Part shown: positions 45,607 to 56,504 of the stretch, piece after piece
Layout of the letters: every line of letters begins with the position of its first letter
How positions within the stretch are numbered: the stretch's first letter is position 1
DNA from: a virus
Taxonomy: Duplodnaviria; Heunggongvirae; Uroviricota; Caudoviricetes
IMG/VR virus record: IMGVR_UViG_3300031413_000001
Strand: one strand, 5' to 3'
Length of the DNA stretch: 64,000 nt
Program-made: the position numbers and the translations under genes
Notes under the pieces: model-generated
What the model was told of the DNA's origin: nothing
Databases searched by the model: none
The model's input: only the letters and a program-made list of their open reading frames with translations

Positions 45607-45966
45607 ATGGACAGCAAGCTCGCAGAAGCTCTAATTGCACGTAATCTACTTCCCGCGGGAACAGAAGTTCGCGCCAAGCATCTAGCTATGGGGTTGGGCT
45701 CTGTGAACAACGTTATGGTAAGCAGCGATTTTTCGATCGCTGGGCACAAGATCAAGGAAGATGGCAGCATTGTATTCCGGCTGGCAGATCTTCGCAGTGG
45801 TGCTCCCAGCAACGTTGATGCCGAGGCTATCGAGGACATTGACGGAATGGATCCGGTCCGCTATGCAGCGGTTTGGGATATCACTAGCGATGGTGGTAAG
45901 GCAGTGGTCGGCAAGCGTCGTGGTCGCAAGCCCAAGGACCGCAGCATTAAGATTGAGGCCGAATAA
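45607..45966 (+). CDS. hypothetical protein, basic C-terminus
   Basis: AGGAG SD; KRRGRKPK. Confidence 0.75.
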   Translation: MDSKLAEALIARNLLPAGTEVRAKHLAMGLGSVNNVMVSSDFSIAGHKIKEDGSIVFRLADLRSGAPSNVDAEAIEDIDGMDPVRYAAVWDITSDGGKAVVGKRRGRKPKDRSIKIEAE

Positions 45967-46074
45967 GATGGACGTGTTTATCAAGGCCATTGCCATTCTA
46001 GTAACAGTGGGCGCTCTAGCCATATTTGGACTGGCACTTGTGACCTTGATAGCAGCTTTGAGGTTGGCACTCGG

Positions 46075-46302
46075 ATGAGCAATGTAGTGGAATTCCAATC
46101 CCCAACTCAGCTACGCAAGATGCTGGCTGACAGGGACGAGGAGGTTGCCCGGCTAAAGGCAGAGGTCGTAGCCGTAACTGGAACCAAGGAAATGCTCAAG
46201 CTACAGATCTTGGATCTACAGGATCAGATGCAGGGCATGGTCGATCAGATGGGGCAAATCCAACGCAATCTTAGCAGCTTGATGAGCAAGTTGGACTCCT
46301 AA
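46075..46302 (+). CDS. coiled-coil hypothetical protein
   Basis: heptad pattern. Confidence 0.65.
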   Translation: MSNVVEFQSPTQLRKMLADRDEEVARLKAEVVAVTGTKEMLKLQILDLQDQMQGMVDQMGQIQRNLSSLMSKLDS

Positions 46303-46338
46303 CTGGTAAATAACATACCAGTTAATAGGAGGCCCAAC

Positions 46339-46518
46339 ATGGCTCAGATTCACGAAGAAGTTGTCGCTATCAAGGTCAGCAAGTTGCTCAAGGATGGCGA
46401 GCAGCAAGAGATCGTCCTCAACGAGGATATGAAGACTGCTCTGGCACAGATCGTCGAACAGTTCTTGAACGAAGTAGACGCCAAGTTGTTAATTGAGGTT
46501 CTCGATCTGGGGGAGTAA
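46339..46518 (+). CDS. 59-aa hypothetical protein, not in ORF track
   Basis: TAAATA 46307, AGGAGG SD, MAQIHEEVVAIKVSKLLKD. Confidence 0.75.
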   Translation: MAQIHEEVVAIKVSKLLKDGEQQEIVLNEDMKTALAQIVEQFLNEVDAKLLIEVLDLGE

Positions 46519-46525
46519 ATCTCCC

Positions 46526-46909
46526 CTATTCCCTCCAGTTAATCTGCTTTTCAACTTCCCCAATCCACTCCAAGATCCTTTCGCGATCGTAGGTTTCCTT
46601 GCTCCAGTCCATGGCAGTACGGATGCCCTTTAACACACTGAAGGCCTCGCGGTCTTTCATGAGCTCTACGCTTAGGCCAATGCACAAAAGCAGGGTCTCG
46701 GCGTGGAGCTCTTCCCATTTACGGGCTGCAAGATGGATGCTGGCACCAAAGACAGCTTTTGTGGCGATCGTATAGAACCCCTCAACTGTCATAGGGTACC
46801 CATGTATAAAGACGAATGTCTTACTATCATGCTGGGCGACTACGGGGCGTCCTGATAGTTTGCTGGTGATAGCGTGGCTTCGAACAAACTTCTGCAACTC
46901 TTCGCTCAT
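46526..46909 (-). CDS. hypothetical protein
   Basis: ATGA overlap. Confidence 0.65.
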   Translation of the reverse strand: MSEELQKFVRSHAITSKLSGRPVVAQHDSKTFVFIHGYPMTVEGFYTIATKAVFGASIHLAARKWEELHAETLLLCIGLSVELMKDREAFSVLKGIRTAMDWSKETYDRERILEWIGEVEKQINWRE

Positions 46910-47727
46910 GCTGGCAACTCCAATCCCAATTTTGCTGCGGCCTTCTGAAGCGCCTTGCTGTCAAAGACCTTGGTGTCCATGATCTCTTCAACCTTGGCAT
47001 CATGATCGTAGTTGGCCGTTGGTCGCTCATTGTCAAAGATTGCATGGGCTCCAACGATATCCAGACCTGACTCCGTGATGGTTGTGAACAACCCGGGTTC
47101 AGGCAGGAAGCCGTGGTTGATGTACTTTACCATTCGTCCCACGACCGTCAGCTTGCTGACACGTCCCACTTGCGCGAGACGAAGGACACCAGCGTTGATG
47201 TCCTCAAGTGCAGTCTGGGTATAGGCAATCCGCTTTCCATCGGTTGCTACCTGGCAGACCGAAAAGTCAAAGTCGCCAAACAGTTCACCCAAATCCTTGT
47301 AGAACTTTCGCTTGATGATCTGCACCTTCAAGCCGTTGACCATAAAGGTTCGTGCTTTTCCACTGGAGTGAACCAGTTCATAGCTGGATAGAACCTTGTC
47401 AAACTTCAACCAGTCCCCTGCATCGGTAAAGAAGAGATCAACATCGCCATCATCAATGGCCTTTCCCTGAAGGATGCGACGAACCGCTCCTCCTGCGAGA
47501 AAGGGACCAAACTTCAAACTCAGCGGGGGCATGAGTTCCATGAGTTCTCTGAGCTGCTCCGTTCCCGGACCCTCTTCCATTTCCCTGTACTGATGAGGTG
47601 CGGGCGGCATGGTGTAAACCTGCGGTCCCTCCTCTGCATCAGCAAAGATACTGGGCATAGTAGAGGCAGTCCAGCTGGCTCCTGCGGATCGCGCTTTGAT
47701 GCGCTGGATGATGTTTGCTGCGTTCAT
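46906..47727 (-). CDS. CCA/poly(A)-polymerase-like nucleotidyltransferase head domain
   Basis: FLAGGAVR..DGDVDLFF..FDFSVCQ. Confidence 0.75.
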   Translation of the reverse strand: MNAANIIQRIKARSAGASWTASTMPSIFADAEEGPQVYTMPPAPHQYREMEEGPGTEQLRELMELMPPLSLKFGPFLAGGAVRRILQGKAIDDGDVDLFFTDAGDWLKFDKVLSSYELVHSSGKARTFMVNGLKVQIIKRKFYKDLGELFGDFDFSVCQVATDGKRIAYTQTALEDINAGVLRLAQVGRVSKLTVVGRMVKYINHGFLPEPGLFTTITESGLDIVGAHAIFDNERPTANYDHDAKVEEIMDTKVFDSKALQKAAAKLGLELPA

Positions 47728-47799
47728 AGTTCTGGATTATGTGGTCTGCTTTCTGTTTGTCACTATTGATTAAATAGGTTGAGCAAATAGGAGCACTCA

Positions 47800-48228
47800 A
47801 TGACCAACACAGTTCTGATGATGGGCAACAGCCAGGAACACGCCAACCTAGCTGGCGATCCAGTAAAAGCTGATGGCTGGTATGGCCATACTGATGGTCT
47901 CCACACAGTGGTTGTTCAGGTGGTCAACTTCACTGGTCGCATCTACATTGAAGCATCCTTGGAACTGGACCCAGGAGCAACTGATTGGTTTCCAATTGAG
48001 TTGACCAAGGGGCAGAGCTGGATTGAATTCCCTCTGATCTCTCAGAAGCCCACAGGTGATTATGAGAGCGGTGGAGACACCAAGACGGTTGGCTTCACAT
48101 TCAAGATCAACGCGCTGTGGCTTCGTGCTCGATTGGATCGAGATTACCTGAACACGCTTCTCTATGACAATGACTCCCAGGCCCTGGCCGATCTGGGCAA
48201 CGTCAAGAAGATCACATTGGCCCGCTAA
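47800..48228 (+). CDS. putative virion structural protein
   Basis: TAAATA 47771, AGGAG SD. Confidence 0.65.
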   Translation: MTNTVLMMGNSQEHANLAGDPVKADGWYGHTDGLHTVVVQVVNFTGRIYIEASLELDPGATDWFPIELTKGQSWIEFPLISQKPTGDYESGGDTKTVGFTFKINALWLRARLDRDYLNTLLYDNDSQALADLGNVKKITLAR

Positions 48229-48287
48229 CCCAGGGCTTCCAATATGGGCTAAATATCAAGAACCCCCATAACTGAGGATGACCAAAC

Positions 48288-51200
48288 ATGGCAGACAAGT
48301 CAGGACCCACTCCCAACAAGCCTGGAACTTACCTACCAGTTCCTGGTCAGCCTACGAGCAAGGATCCAACCAACAACGACGCGGCCAATGAGTCGAAGAT
48401 CGGAAATCAGAACGCCACAACCAGCGAACCTGGCGCAACTTCCAATGACATTAGGGTCGAGCAGACTGCCAATGATGGAAAGCGTTATTTTGCCGCTGGA
48501 AAGCTGTCCGATGAGACTCCCGTACTTGGTAGCGGTGGTGTAGCCACTGTCGTTGGTCCTCCTGGACCCAAGGGTGATACTGGTCCCAAGGGTGACAAGG
48601 GTGACCAAGGATTCACTGGCGTCACTGGTGCAGATGGCCCTGCTGGTCCACGAGGACCCAAGGGTGAGAATGGCTCCACCGGTGCAACTGGTCCTGCTGG
48701 CGCCAAGGGCGACAAAGGTGAAAAGGGCGATAAGGGAGACAAGGGCGATACTGGTGCCCAGGGTCCCGCAGGTGCGTCGGGCAACGGCGCGGCTGTAATT
48801 GTCGCTGAACGAAACTACGATGAAAACGGCGGATACGTTGACACCCCAGCGATCAATCCAACAGCTCGCATTGCCTTCACTGGCGCGGGCGTTGAGGTCC
48901 TGACTGAGGACGCGCATGTTTCCACGGCAGTGGTTCACATTCCAGGATTGGAAGTTCGCCAGGCAACCATTGATCCCACAAGCCAGCCACCAGGTCTGGT
49001 CTATGACGATGCGCTGGAAACCTCGTCGCTTACCTTTGTGGGTGGTGCGTTGGTTCAGGCCAACCCCGATGATGAATACGACACGGTGGTTTTTGTCAGC
49101 ACCAAAGTTACTGGTCCTGCTGGAGGCTCGCTTCCCAACTTTCCAATGAATGTTTCCAACGCTGGCTACAATGAGGTCAACGCTTGGAACTTTAACTTTG
49201 GTCCAGGCTTCATGGTTGCTCCTGGTCAGAATCCAGGCGACGTCTTCATTGATCTTGATGGCGCCGGCGGTGACGGTGGCGGCTCACAGCCAGTTCTGAT
49301 CAAGCCCGGTGAAGTTGGCGGACAGCGTTTTCCAATTGGTGAATTGACCATTGGTGATGGTCTGGATATTGGCTTCCCATATGGCTATCAGGATCAGAAT
49401 GGCGACTATCAGCAGGGTCCTCTGGTTCTTCAAAGCGAAGGAACAGAACTCTGGGGATGGAACCCTGGCATCAACGGCGGTCAGGGTGGCTTCATTGACT
49501 ACGGCTATCAGAGGCAGATGCGCTTTCAGGCTGGTGATGGCATCCAGCTGGACTATCAGGACAGCAATGAAGATGGTCAGTATGGTCAAAAGAAGATCGT
49601 CATCAGTGCAACTGGTGGCGGTGGCGGTGCCGGTTCGGTTGGCCCTACTGGTCCACAAGGTCCTGCTGGTCCCACTGGTCCACAAGGCGAGAAAGGCGAT
49701 ACTGGACCTGCAGGTCTAGACAGGCAGCCTGCTACGGTTGTTGGCCCGAACGGCCAAGACCCAATTACAGGTGTTAATCGTTTTAGCTTTGGCACTGGAT
49801 TCAATGTTTCCAGCAGCGCAGTAACCGGCGAAGCTGTCATCAACTTCACGGGTGGATCAAGTGGTGGCACGGCTGCACCACTCCGAATTTGGACTCGCAA
49901 CGGTGATATTCAGGTTGCTAATGATGTCACACAAATTGGACTTGATGGCCTCGTTTTGAAGCCTACAAGCGGACAGAACTATCCAACTCTTACTTGGCCA
50001 GGTCTATACGTTAATGTCTATAGTCCTAGTCTTGGCGGATATATTCCCAGTCAGAGTACTCAGACGTCGATTTATTTCAAGGCTGGTACTGGTATTTCGC
50101 TTGAAGCGACAACAGCTTATACCAACCAACGAGTGGTTACTATCAATTCAACGGTAACTGGTACTCAGGGTGCCACAGGCGCTACTGGTGCTACTGGTGC
50201 TACAGGTGCCATCGGCCCTCAGGGTCCTGCTGGTCCTACTGGTGCCGCAGGCCCCAAGGGTGATACTGGCCCAGCTGGCACCAATGGCACCAATGGCAGT
50301 TATGTGTCTTCCGCAGACGTTGTAAGTGATTCCTTGGTCCTCACAATGAGCGACAACACCAAGGTCAATGTCAGCGGTACTGTTCGTGGTTCCAAGGGCG
50401 ATACTGGTGAACAAGGCCCTGCAGGAACTGCCGGTGCAACTGGTGCCGTTGGCCCAGCTGGTCGAAATGTTGTTGGTGCTGCGGTAACCAACTCTCACTT
50501 GATCCTTGCAATGAGCGACAGCACCAACATTGATGCCGGTAATATCACTGGCCCCAAGGGTGATACTGGTGCAAAGGGCGACACAGGATCGCAGGGACCA
50601 ACTGGCGCAACTGGACCCAAGGGTGATACTGGCGCAAGCGGTCGTGGTATCGTTTCGGCAGTTATCAACGCTGAAGGAAACTTGGTTGTTGATTACTCCG
50701 ATAGCACGTCATCTATCGCTGGTAAGGCTCGCGGTGACAAGGGTGATACTGGTGCAAAGGGTGATACCGGTGCAAGTGGTCCAGCAGGTCGAAGCGTAAC
50801 TTCGGCAAGCATCAACCAGACCACGGGTGACTTGACACTGGCTCTGAGCGATGGAACGTCGGTCAATGCTGGCAACTCCAAGGGAACCGCAGGACGTGGT
50901 GTAACCAACGCCGCTATTGATGGCAATGGCAAGCTGATCGTTACCTACACGGATGGTGCCACTGTTGATGCAGGTCAGGCACGCGGACTAAAGGGTGATA
51001 CAGGATCCACAGGTGCCACTGGCCCAGCTGGTGAGACCGGTCCCGCAGGCGTTGCTGGTCCACAGGGAGTCAAGGGTGACAAGGGTGATACTGGCACGGC
51101 TGGTACGAACGGAAACATCACGGCAGTTCAAAGCAGTGGTGCAACGACTAAAGCTAATCCAACGTTCATCAACTTCACCGGCACTGGCGTAACGGTCAAT

Positions 51201-51590
51201 GCAAGTGGTACTGGTGTTGATGTTAATATCGCTGCTGGGTCAGGTGGTTCAGGTGGTTCGGGTGGAGGAAACGCCAACGTACTCAGCTTCGTAGCTAACT
51301 TTGATAGCAGCGGTGCGCTGTCAACAGTAGAGGGTGCATCTGCTGGTATGACTGTGACCAAAACTGGTACCAACTCAGTTGATGTCACTTATACGGCTCC
51401 TCTGGGATATCCAGGTATCGTTGGATGTTTTGGTACCAACGGATCCACCGGGGTTACTACGTGGAAGGTATCCCCTGGTTTTACAGTTACAGTTGCGGCC
51501 GCTGGCAGCTTCTCAATGACAAACGTTGCAGCAACACAATCAGGCGCAACGCCAAACGGTAAGGCACGTATCAGCTTCACTATGGTATAA
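48288..51590 (+). CDS. collagen-repeat fibre protein
   Basis: multiple (G-X-Y)n tracts separated by GR.V.SA.I...G.L....SD modules; TAAATA 48250. Confidence 0.85.
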   Translation: MADKSGPTPNKPGTYLPVPGQPTSKDPTNNDAANESKIGNQNATTSEPGATSNDIRVEQTANDGKRYFAAGKLSDETPVLGSGGVATVVGPPGPKGDTGPKGDKGDQGFTGVTGADGPAGPRGPKGENGSTGATGPAGAKGDKGEKGDKGDKGDTGAQGPAGASGNGAAVIVAERNYDENGGYVDTPAINPTARIAFTGAGVEVLTEDAHVSTAVVHIPGLEVRQATIDPTSQPPGLVYDDALETSSLTFVGGALVQANPDDEYDTVVFVSTKVTGPAGGSLPNFPMNVSNAGYNEVNAWNFNFGPGFMVAPGQNPGDVFIDLDGAGGDGGGSQPVLIKPGEVGGQRFPIGELTIGDGLDIGFPYGYQDQNGDYQQGPLVLQSEGTELWGWNPGINGGQGGFIDYGYQRQMRFQAGDGIQLDYQDSNEDGQYGQKKIVISATGGGGGAGSVGPTGPQGPAGPTGPQGEKGDTGPAGLDRQPATVVGPNGQDPITGVNRFSFGTGFNVSSSAVTGEAVINFTGGSSGGTAAPLRIWTRNGDIQVANDVTQIGLDGLVLKPTSGQNYPTLTWPGLYVNVYSPSLGGYIPSQSTQTSIYFKAGTGISLEATTAYTNQRVVTINSTVTGTQGATGATGATGATGAIGPQGPAGPTGAAGPKGDTGPAGTNGTNGSYVSSADVVSDSLVLTMSDNTKVNVSGTVRGSKGDTGEQGPAGTAGATGAVGPAGRNVVGAAVTNSHLILAMSDSTNIDAGNITGPKGDTGAKGDTGSQGPTGATGPKGDTGASGRGIVSAVINAEGNLVVDYSDSTSSIAGKARGDKGDTGAKGDTGASGPAGRSVTSASINQTTGDLTLALSDGTSVNAGNSKGTAGRGVTNAAIDGNGKLIVTYTDGATVDAGQARGLKGDTGSTGATGPAGETGPAGVAGPQGVKGDKGDTGTAGTNGNITAVQSSGATTKANPTFINFTGTGVTVNASGTGVDVNIAAGSGGSGGSGGGNANVLSFVANFDSSGALSTVEGASAGMTVTKTGTNSVDVTYTAPLGYPGIVGCFGTNGSTGVTTWKVSPGFTVTVAAAGSFSMTNVAATQSGATPNGKARISFTMV

Positions 51591-51600
51591 GGAGACGTAG

Positions 51601-52680
51601 ATGGCCATTGCTCCGACATTCCTACCTAAGGCAACCTTCGCAGTGTATGAAGAAACTGCCCTCTGGGATGAAGATGATAACTCAGGCGACCCTTATTTGG
51701 GGGTCGCCTACCAGTGGAGGGTGACTTTTGATGTCACTCCCCAACAGCACTCCAGTCATATTACTCTGACTGCCAACTATTATACAGGCTCAGATGTTCG
51801 AATCGGCGACTGGTACTCAAGTGGAATCAATGGTAAAGCTGTTCTAGTCCGCGAGATCGAATCACAGAACGACTTTTCCGTTACAGCAATCGTGGAAGAT
51901 TACGAGCGTTGGAATTTGTTCTCTGATCCCAATCTGCAGGGTTATGGTATGGTGGATTATGGGGCAGGATTCTTTTTCCGATTGAATGCTGATGGCTTCC
52001 CTATTCTGGGACCAATCGAAGAATTCTACCTCTCCTCCAAATCAATTGAAGATCTCGAAGCACGTTTCATGGCTCGAAATGGCGCTCGAGACTTTGTTCT
52101 AGTCCGTCAGGTAAACCATGGATTCTTTCCCGGCGATGTGATTTATGCTGACTCAGTAGCCGATACCGGATATAAGAAAGTGGATAGAAACAACATTCAG
52201 AAAGCACTTGGCATCGTCACAGAAATCAACGTGCCTGGACTCTATTACTTCAGCTATCGCCCTCTTGGACGCCTGATCAACAATGTGAATCCACCCCTGT
52301 GGGGACAACATGGTGACACATACTATCTGGACCCCAATGAACCAGGTGCGCTGACCATTGATAAGCCAGCCCTGAATGCTATTCCAGTTTACTTTCAGCT
52401 AGACCTTCCTACCCGCGCCATTCAGCTTGAGCGCGGTATTGAAGTTGCCCAGAAGTCTCAGAGTGAAACCAATAAATACGACGTAGAGAATGTGGCTTCC
52501 GGTCAGACCACGTTCACATTACCAAGTGATGCCAAAGAGGTTCTCTACATGGCGATCAATGGTATTGAAAACGAGAACTTTACTTTTGACACCGGGTCAA
52601 AGGTATTGGTATTCGACCCCGTAGAAACCGGTTACGGTGTCGATGTAGATGATGAAGTATTCTTCATGTACAAATCCTAA
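51601..52680 (+). CDS. putative virion structural protein
   Basis: AAGGAG SD; C-term GYGVD.DD domain also ends 52706-54811. Confidence 0.65.
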   Translation: MAIAPTFLPKATFAVYEETALWDEDDNSGDPYLGVAYQWRVTFDVTPQQHSSHITLTANYYTGSDVRIGDWYSSGINGKAVLVREIESQNDFSVTAIVEDYERWNLFSDPNLQGYGMVDYGAGFFFRLNADGFPILGPIEEFYLSSKSIEDLEARFMARNGARDFVLVRQVNHGFFPGDVIYADSVADTGYKKVDRNNIQKALGIVTEINVPGLYYFSYRPLGRLINNVNPPLWGQHGDTYYLDPNEPGALTIDKPALNAIPVYFQLDLPTRAIQLERGIEVAQKSQSETNKYDVENVASGQTTFTLPSDAKEVLYMAINGIENENFTFDTGSKVLVFDPVETGYGVDVDDEVFFMYKS

Positions 52681-52705
52681 GTTGATCAACGAGGAGAAGA
52701 TATAA

Positions 52706-54811
52706 ATGGCACAGCTACGCGCAAAGCAGATGAAACTCGTCGCCCAAGACGATCTGCTGATTGGTGGCGCTGGCGGCAATGGTGCTGTTCTCAGCAAGGG
52801 TACGGCTGGTCAGGTCCTCAAGGTCCTAGCTGGTGGAGCTCTTGGTTATGAGAAGGTCATTGCTGCTGACACCACATTCGCAGACGCTTCCTTTACTGCT
52901 ACCAACGTCGCTGCGGCGCTGATTGAAGCAAAGAAGGCAGCAACCGACGAGGCAACTCGTGCAACTGCCAAGGAAGGCGCACTACAGACCGAGTTGGACG
53001 CAACTCAGACTGGCGCAGGACTTGGTGCAGACGGCACGTATGTTGCCGACGCAACCACCGAATACCTGAAGACTGCAACTTCGCTCAAGGGCGCAGACAA
53101 GATGCTGGACACGGCAATCAAGTCGGTCAAGGATCAGGTTGATGCACTGGGTTCGGGTTCGATCACCAGCTTGCAGGCAGAAGTTGATGCCCTTGAGGCC
53201 GCTGTGGGTACCAACCCAGACGGCACCTACAAGCCAAGCACCAACGCTGTTATCTCGGCAGCAACTTCGGTTCTGAACGCCGACGAACTGTTGGCCGCAG
53301 CTATCACGTCCGAGGCAGCAACTGCCCGTGCCGCTGAAGGTGCAAACGCAACGGCAATTGGTGCTGAAACAACTCGCGCAACTGGCGTTGAGGGTGTTCT
53401 CCGTACTGATGTTGATGCAGCACAGGCAGATGCCGATGCAGCAAACGCCGCAGTGGCAGCAGAAACCACTCGTGCAACTGGTGCTGAGGGAACGCTTCGC
53501 ACTGACCTGGCATCGGAAGTTACCCGTGCAACTGGTCGTGAAGATGCAATCGAAGACGCTGTGGATGCAGAAGTTCTTCGTGCAACGGCCGCAGAAGGCG
53601 ATCTTGCCCAGGACATCGCAGACGAGGCAACTCGCGCAACGGCTGTCGAGGGTGGAATCCAGAGCGAGCTAGACGCAACGCAGGCTGGTGCAGGTCTTGG
53701 TGCAACTGGTGCTTACGTGGCAGAAACCACGTCTAACTACATCAACGGTGCAACCACGCTCAAGGGCGCGGACATGCTCCTCGATGCAGCGATCAAGGCA
53801 CTCGACAATGCAACTGATACCCGTCTTGACGACCTGGAAGCAAAGACCGGCACTTCGACCGATCTGATCCAGGCTGAGATTGACGCAATCGAAACCGCTG
53901 TTGGCCTGAACGCTGATGGCACGTTTGCTCCAATCACTGGTTCCAACTACCTCAACGATGCGGCTACCTTCCGTGCAGCTGACTTGGTCCTGGACACACA
54001 GGTAAAGGCAGTCAACGACCGCGTTACGGCACTTGGTGCGGCATTCAACTATGTTGGTACCGTTGCTGGTGGTGAGAACACTGGTGCAGCTTATGACCTC
54101 AACACTCTACCAGACGGCGGACGTGATGCTGGTGACTACTATAAGGTTGCAACTGCTGGTTACTTCAAGGTTGGCGCTGGTGCTCCATTCTACGTTAACG
54201 TCAACGATGGTCTGGTCTGGAACAAGACTGGTTCGGTTGATGTCATCGACAACACCAATGCAAACGTTCTGGCTGGCACCAACATCGCAGTGACCGGTTC
54301 GGCCGACACTGGCTTCACTGTTGCACTCGCTGGCATCGTGCCAACGACCAACGGTGGTACTGGTAAGGCAGCTCTCGAGAGCGTGACTGCTGGCAGCGCG
54401 GAAATCGTGCTTTCGGCTGGTGCAGCAAACTCGGTAGTGAACGCGTTCACGGTTTCGTTGGATTCGACCAAGGTTGATTTCCAGACGCTGAAGAACGTTA
54501 ATGCTCCAGGCGCAGCACAGGTTGGCAAGTTCCTCAAGTGGACTGCAACTGGTCTTGCATACGTTTCGGCAGCAGAAGTTGGTTCGACCGTTCGCGCGGA
54601 AGAGGACTTCGCTCCTGCAACGGCAGCAAACGCTTCGGTTACTCTGGCACACACCCCAACGGGCGACGTGGCAGTTTACATCAACGGCGTCAAGCTCAAG
54701 AAGGCTGGTTACACGATTGCTGGTACGACTGTTTCGATGGTTGACTCGGCAAACGGCTACGGCGTTGATCTGGGCGACACTGTTAGCGTCAGCTACCAGT
54801 ACGCTGCTTAA
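52706..54811 (+). CDS. fibre protein with Ala-rich coiled-coil repeats
   Basis: E.TRAT..EG repeats and LDATQ.GAGL..DGTY repeats. Confidence 0.75.
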   Translation: MAQLRAKQMKLVAQDDLLIGGAGGNGAVLSKGTAGQVLKVLAGGALGYEKVIAADTTFADASFTATNVAAALIEAKKAATDEATRATAKEGALQTELDATQTGAGLGADGTYVADATTEYLKTATSLKGADKMLDTAIKSVKDQVDALGSGSITSLQAEVDALEAAVGTNPDGTYKPSTNAVISAATSVLNADELLAAAITSEAATARAAEGANATAIGAETTRATGVEGVLRTDVDAAQADADAANAAVAAETTRATGAEGTLRTDLASEVTRATGREDAIEDAVDAEVLRATAAEGDLAQDIADEATRATAVEGGIQSELDATQAGAGLGATGAYVAETTSNYINGATTLKGADMLLDAAIKALDNATDTRLDDLEAKTGTSTDLIQAEIDAIETAVGLNADGTFAPITGSNYLNDAATFRAADLVLDTQVKAVNDRVTALGAAFNYVGTVAGGENTGAAYDLNTLPDGGRDAGDYYKVATAGYFKVGAGAPFYVNVNDGLVWNKTGSVDVIDNTNANVLAGTNIAVTGSADTGFTVALAGIVPTTNGGTGKAALESVTAGSAEIVLSAGAANSVVNAFTVSLDSTKVDFQTLKNVNAPGAAQVGKFLKWTATGLAYVSAAEVGSTVRAEEDFAPATAANASVTLAHTPTGDVAVYINGVKLKKAGYTIAGTTVSMVDSANGYGVDLGDTVSVSYQYAA

Positions 54812-54903
54812 TATACGTGAGGTGAAAACCTCATAGATAGCGGTAAATAGGGCGTGGGAGGCAGATGCTTTCCACGCTCTATCCTTGAGTGGGAGATCGA
54901 ACT

Positions 54904-55449
54904 ATGGCAAAAACAAAGGACGACAACCTCGGTCACATCGACCAGACTGAGAGTTGGCTGAACAGGTCTTGGCGACCAGCAGCCGCGGTGGTGTACTTGA
55001 TCATCTGTATGTTTGACTTTGTTCTTGCACCAGCCTTCATGGGCTTTAAGAGCAGCAACATTGCGATGATGTCACAGAGTCTCAAGGGACTGGATCCAGC
55101 CGTCGCGATTGCAATCATTCAAAATAGGACTCCTTGGATTCCACTTACCATGCAGGGAAGTGGTTTGTTTCACGTGGCGTTTGGTGCCATCCTTGGTGTC
55201 GCGGCATGGACCCGTGGTAACGCTGCAATTGAGCAGATCAAGCAGACTGGTGAGAGTGATCGTTCACCCAACACTCCAATGATGGTTCCCACATATTATA
55301 TTCCAGGATCCATGGGCGCACAGCCCATGCCTGGTGTTCCCCAGCAGCCAATGCCACAGATGCCTCCCATGCAGGTAAACGTGAACGCAACGGCCGCACA
55401 GGACTCTGCTTCCGTTGATAATCCAGACGCGGAGCCAGATAAGTATTAA
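54904..55449 (+). CDS. putative holin (3TM-holin-like)
   Basis: WRPAAAVVYLIICMFDF..GLFHVAFGAILGVAAWTRG; TAAATA 54844. Confidence 0.65.
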   Translation: MAKTKDDNLGHIDQTESWLNRSWRPAAAVVYLIICMFDFVLAPAFMGFKSSNIAMMSQSLKGLDPAVAIAIIQNRTPWIPLTMQGSGLFHVAFGAILGVAAWTRGNAAIEQIKQTGESDRSPNTPMMVPTYYIPGSMGAQPMPGVPQQPMPQMPPMQVNVNATAAQDSASVDNPDAEPDKY

Positions 55450-55450
55450 T

Positions 55451-56056
55451 ATGACGGAAATTCCTCTTTACATACGACTGAAGACGAGTTCGCCTCTTCC
55501 CAAAGAGGAGGCGATCGCGTGGTATCATACTGTTAAGAACCTCGCTCCCAGCGGCGTGCTGGCGAGCGTGCAGACTACTAATCCTCAGGGCGACCCCGAT
55601 GTGGTCTTTATGGTCCATAAAGAAACCAAAGGTGGAGTCCACTATTATGAAATTCCTCTGACCCGTGATCTCACCGAGAGTGAAACGGAAGTGATTGAAG
55701 AAGCATATCCCGAGGGCGAGATTGAAACAAGTTCTGAAGAAGTAAAAGCCGCGCGTCAAGGACCAGCTGACGCTGTTGTAATGGACGAGGACGATTACAA
55801 CTCCCTTTGTGAAACGCTGGCTAAGCACCAACACCAACGCTGGTTTGAGGAGCGATCCCTTGCCGGTTGGTCATTTGGTCTAACGCTTAACGAGAGGAAT
55901 AAGGTACATCCGCTGATGCGCCCCTGGGAACAACTACCTCAACAATATCGCAAGATTGACTACGAGCTGCCGCATCTCTTTATGAACATGCTGGCAGAGC
56001 AGGGTTTTGCCGTAGTAAGCCGCAAGGATCTTACCAAGTGGTTGAACAAGGGCTGA
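55451..56056 (+). CDS. RyR-domain protein
   Basis: LAKHQHQRW..GWSFG..HPLMRPWEQLP..RKID. Confidence 0.8.
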   Translation: MTEIPLYIRLKTSSPLPKEEAIAWYHTVKNLAPSGVLASVQTTNPQGDPDVVFMVHKETKGGVHYYEIPLTRDLTESETEVIEEAYPEGEIETSSEEVKAARQGPADAVVMDEDDYNSLCETLAKHQHQRWFEERSLAGWSFGLTLNERNKVHPLMRPWEQLPQQYRKIDYELPHLFMNMLAEQGFAVVSRKDLTKWLNKG

Positions 56057-56061
56057 GGGCG

Positions 56062-56463
56062 ATGTCAGGATCACTTGATATCGTCCTCCTCTTGATGGAC
56101 CCCAAACAGGATCACCGCGCTGTGATTCGAGACGCCTGGAACTCCGACAATGAGGAATTCTTCATTGGTCTGGACATGGCCATCAACCCCTCGCTGGAGT
56201 TTGGACTCGCGAAGGTTCCGGGTTTGCCCGATGACGACTTGGAGCCAGGCACACTTTCCTTTTCAGCTTTTTACAATTTGGCCATGACGCTTGCCAACCA
56301 GCATCCAACCAATGGTGCTGATCTGGTTGAAGAGGCCGCGCTAACGGCTAACGCGCAGGAATGGAATCTCTGGTATCGCAGGATCCTACTAAAGAGCCTT
56401 CACAAACATCTCCCCATGGAAGTCATCCAGTCTGAGCTAATCCGCTTGACAACAGAGCAATAG
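56062..56463 (+). CDS. stand-alone N-terminal domain resembling phage ATP-dependent DNA ligase
   Basis: EFGLAKVP..EWNLWYRRILLKSL; no KxDG. Confidence 0.55.
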   Translation: MSGSLDIVLLLMDPKQDHRAVIRDAWNSDNEEFFIGLDMAINPSLEFGLAKVPGLPDDDLEPGTLSFSAFYNLAMTLANQHPTNGADLVEEAALTANAQEWNLWYRRILLKSLHKHLPMEVIQSELIRLTTEQ

Positions 56464-56504
56464 GTGCTAAGTCTGTTGTTATAGATCGGACATGAGGAGC
56501 ACAG

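Noticed and set aside
48560-51100. DNA repeats GGTGATACTGG/AAGGGTGA
   Set aside because: Explained by collagen G-X-Y coding.
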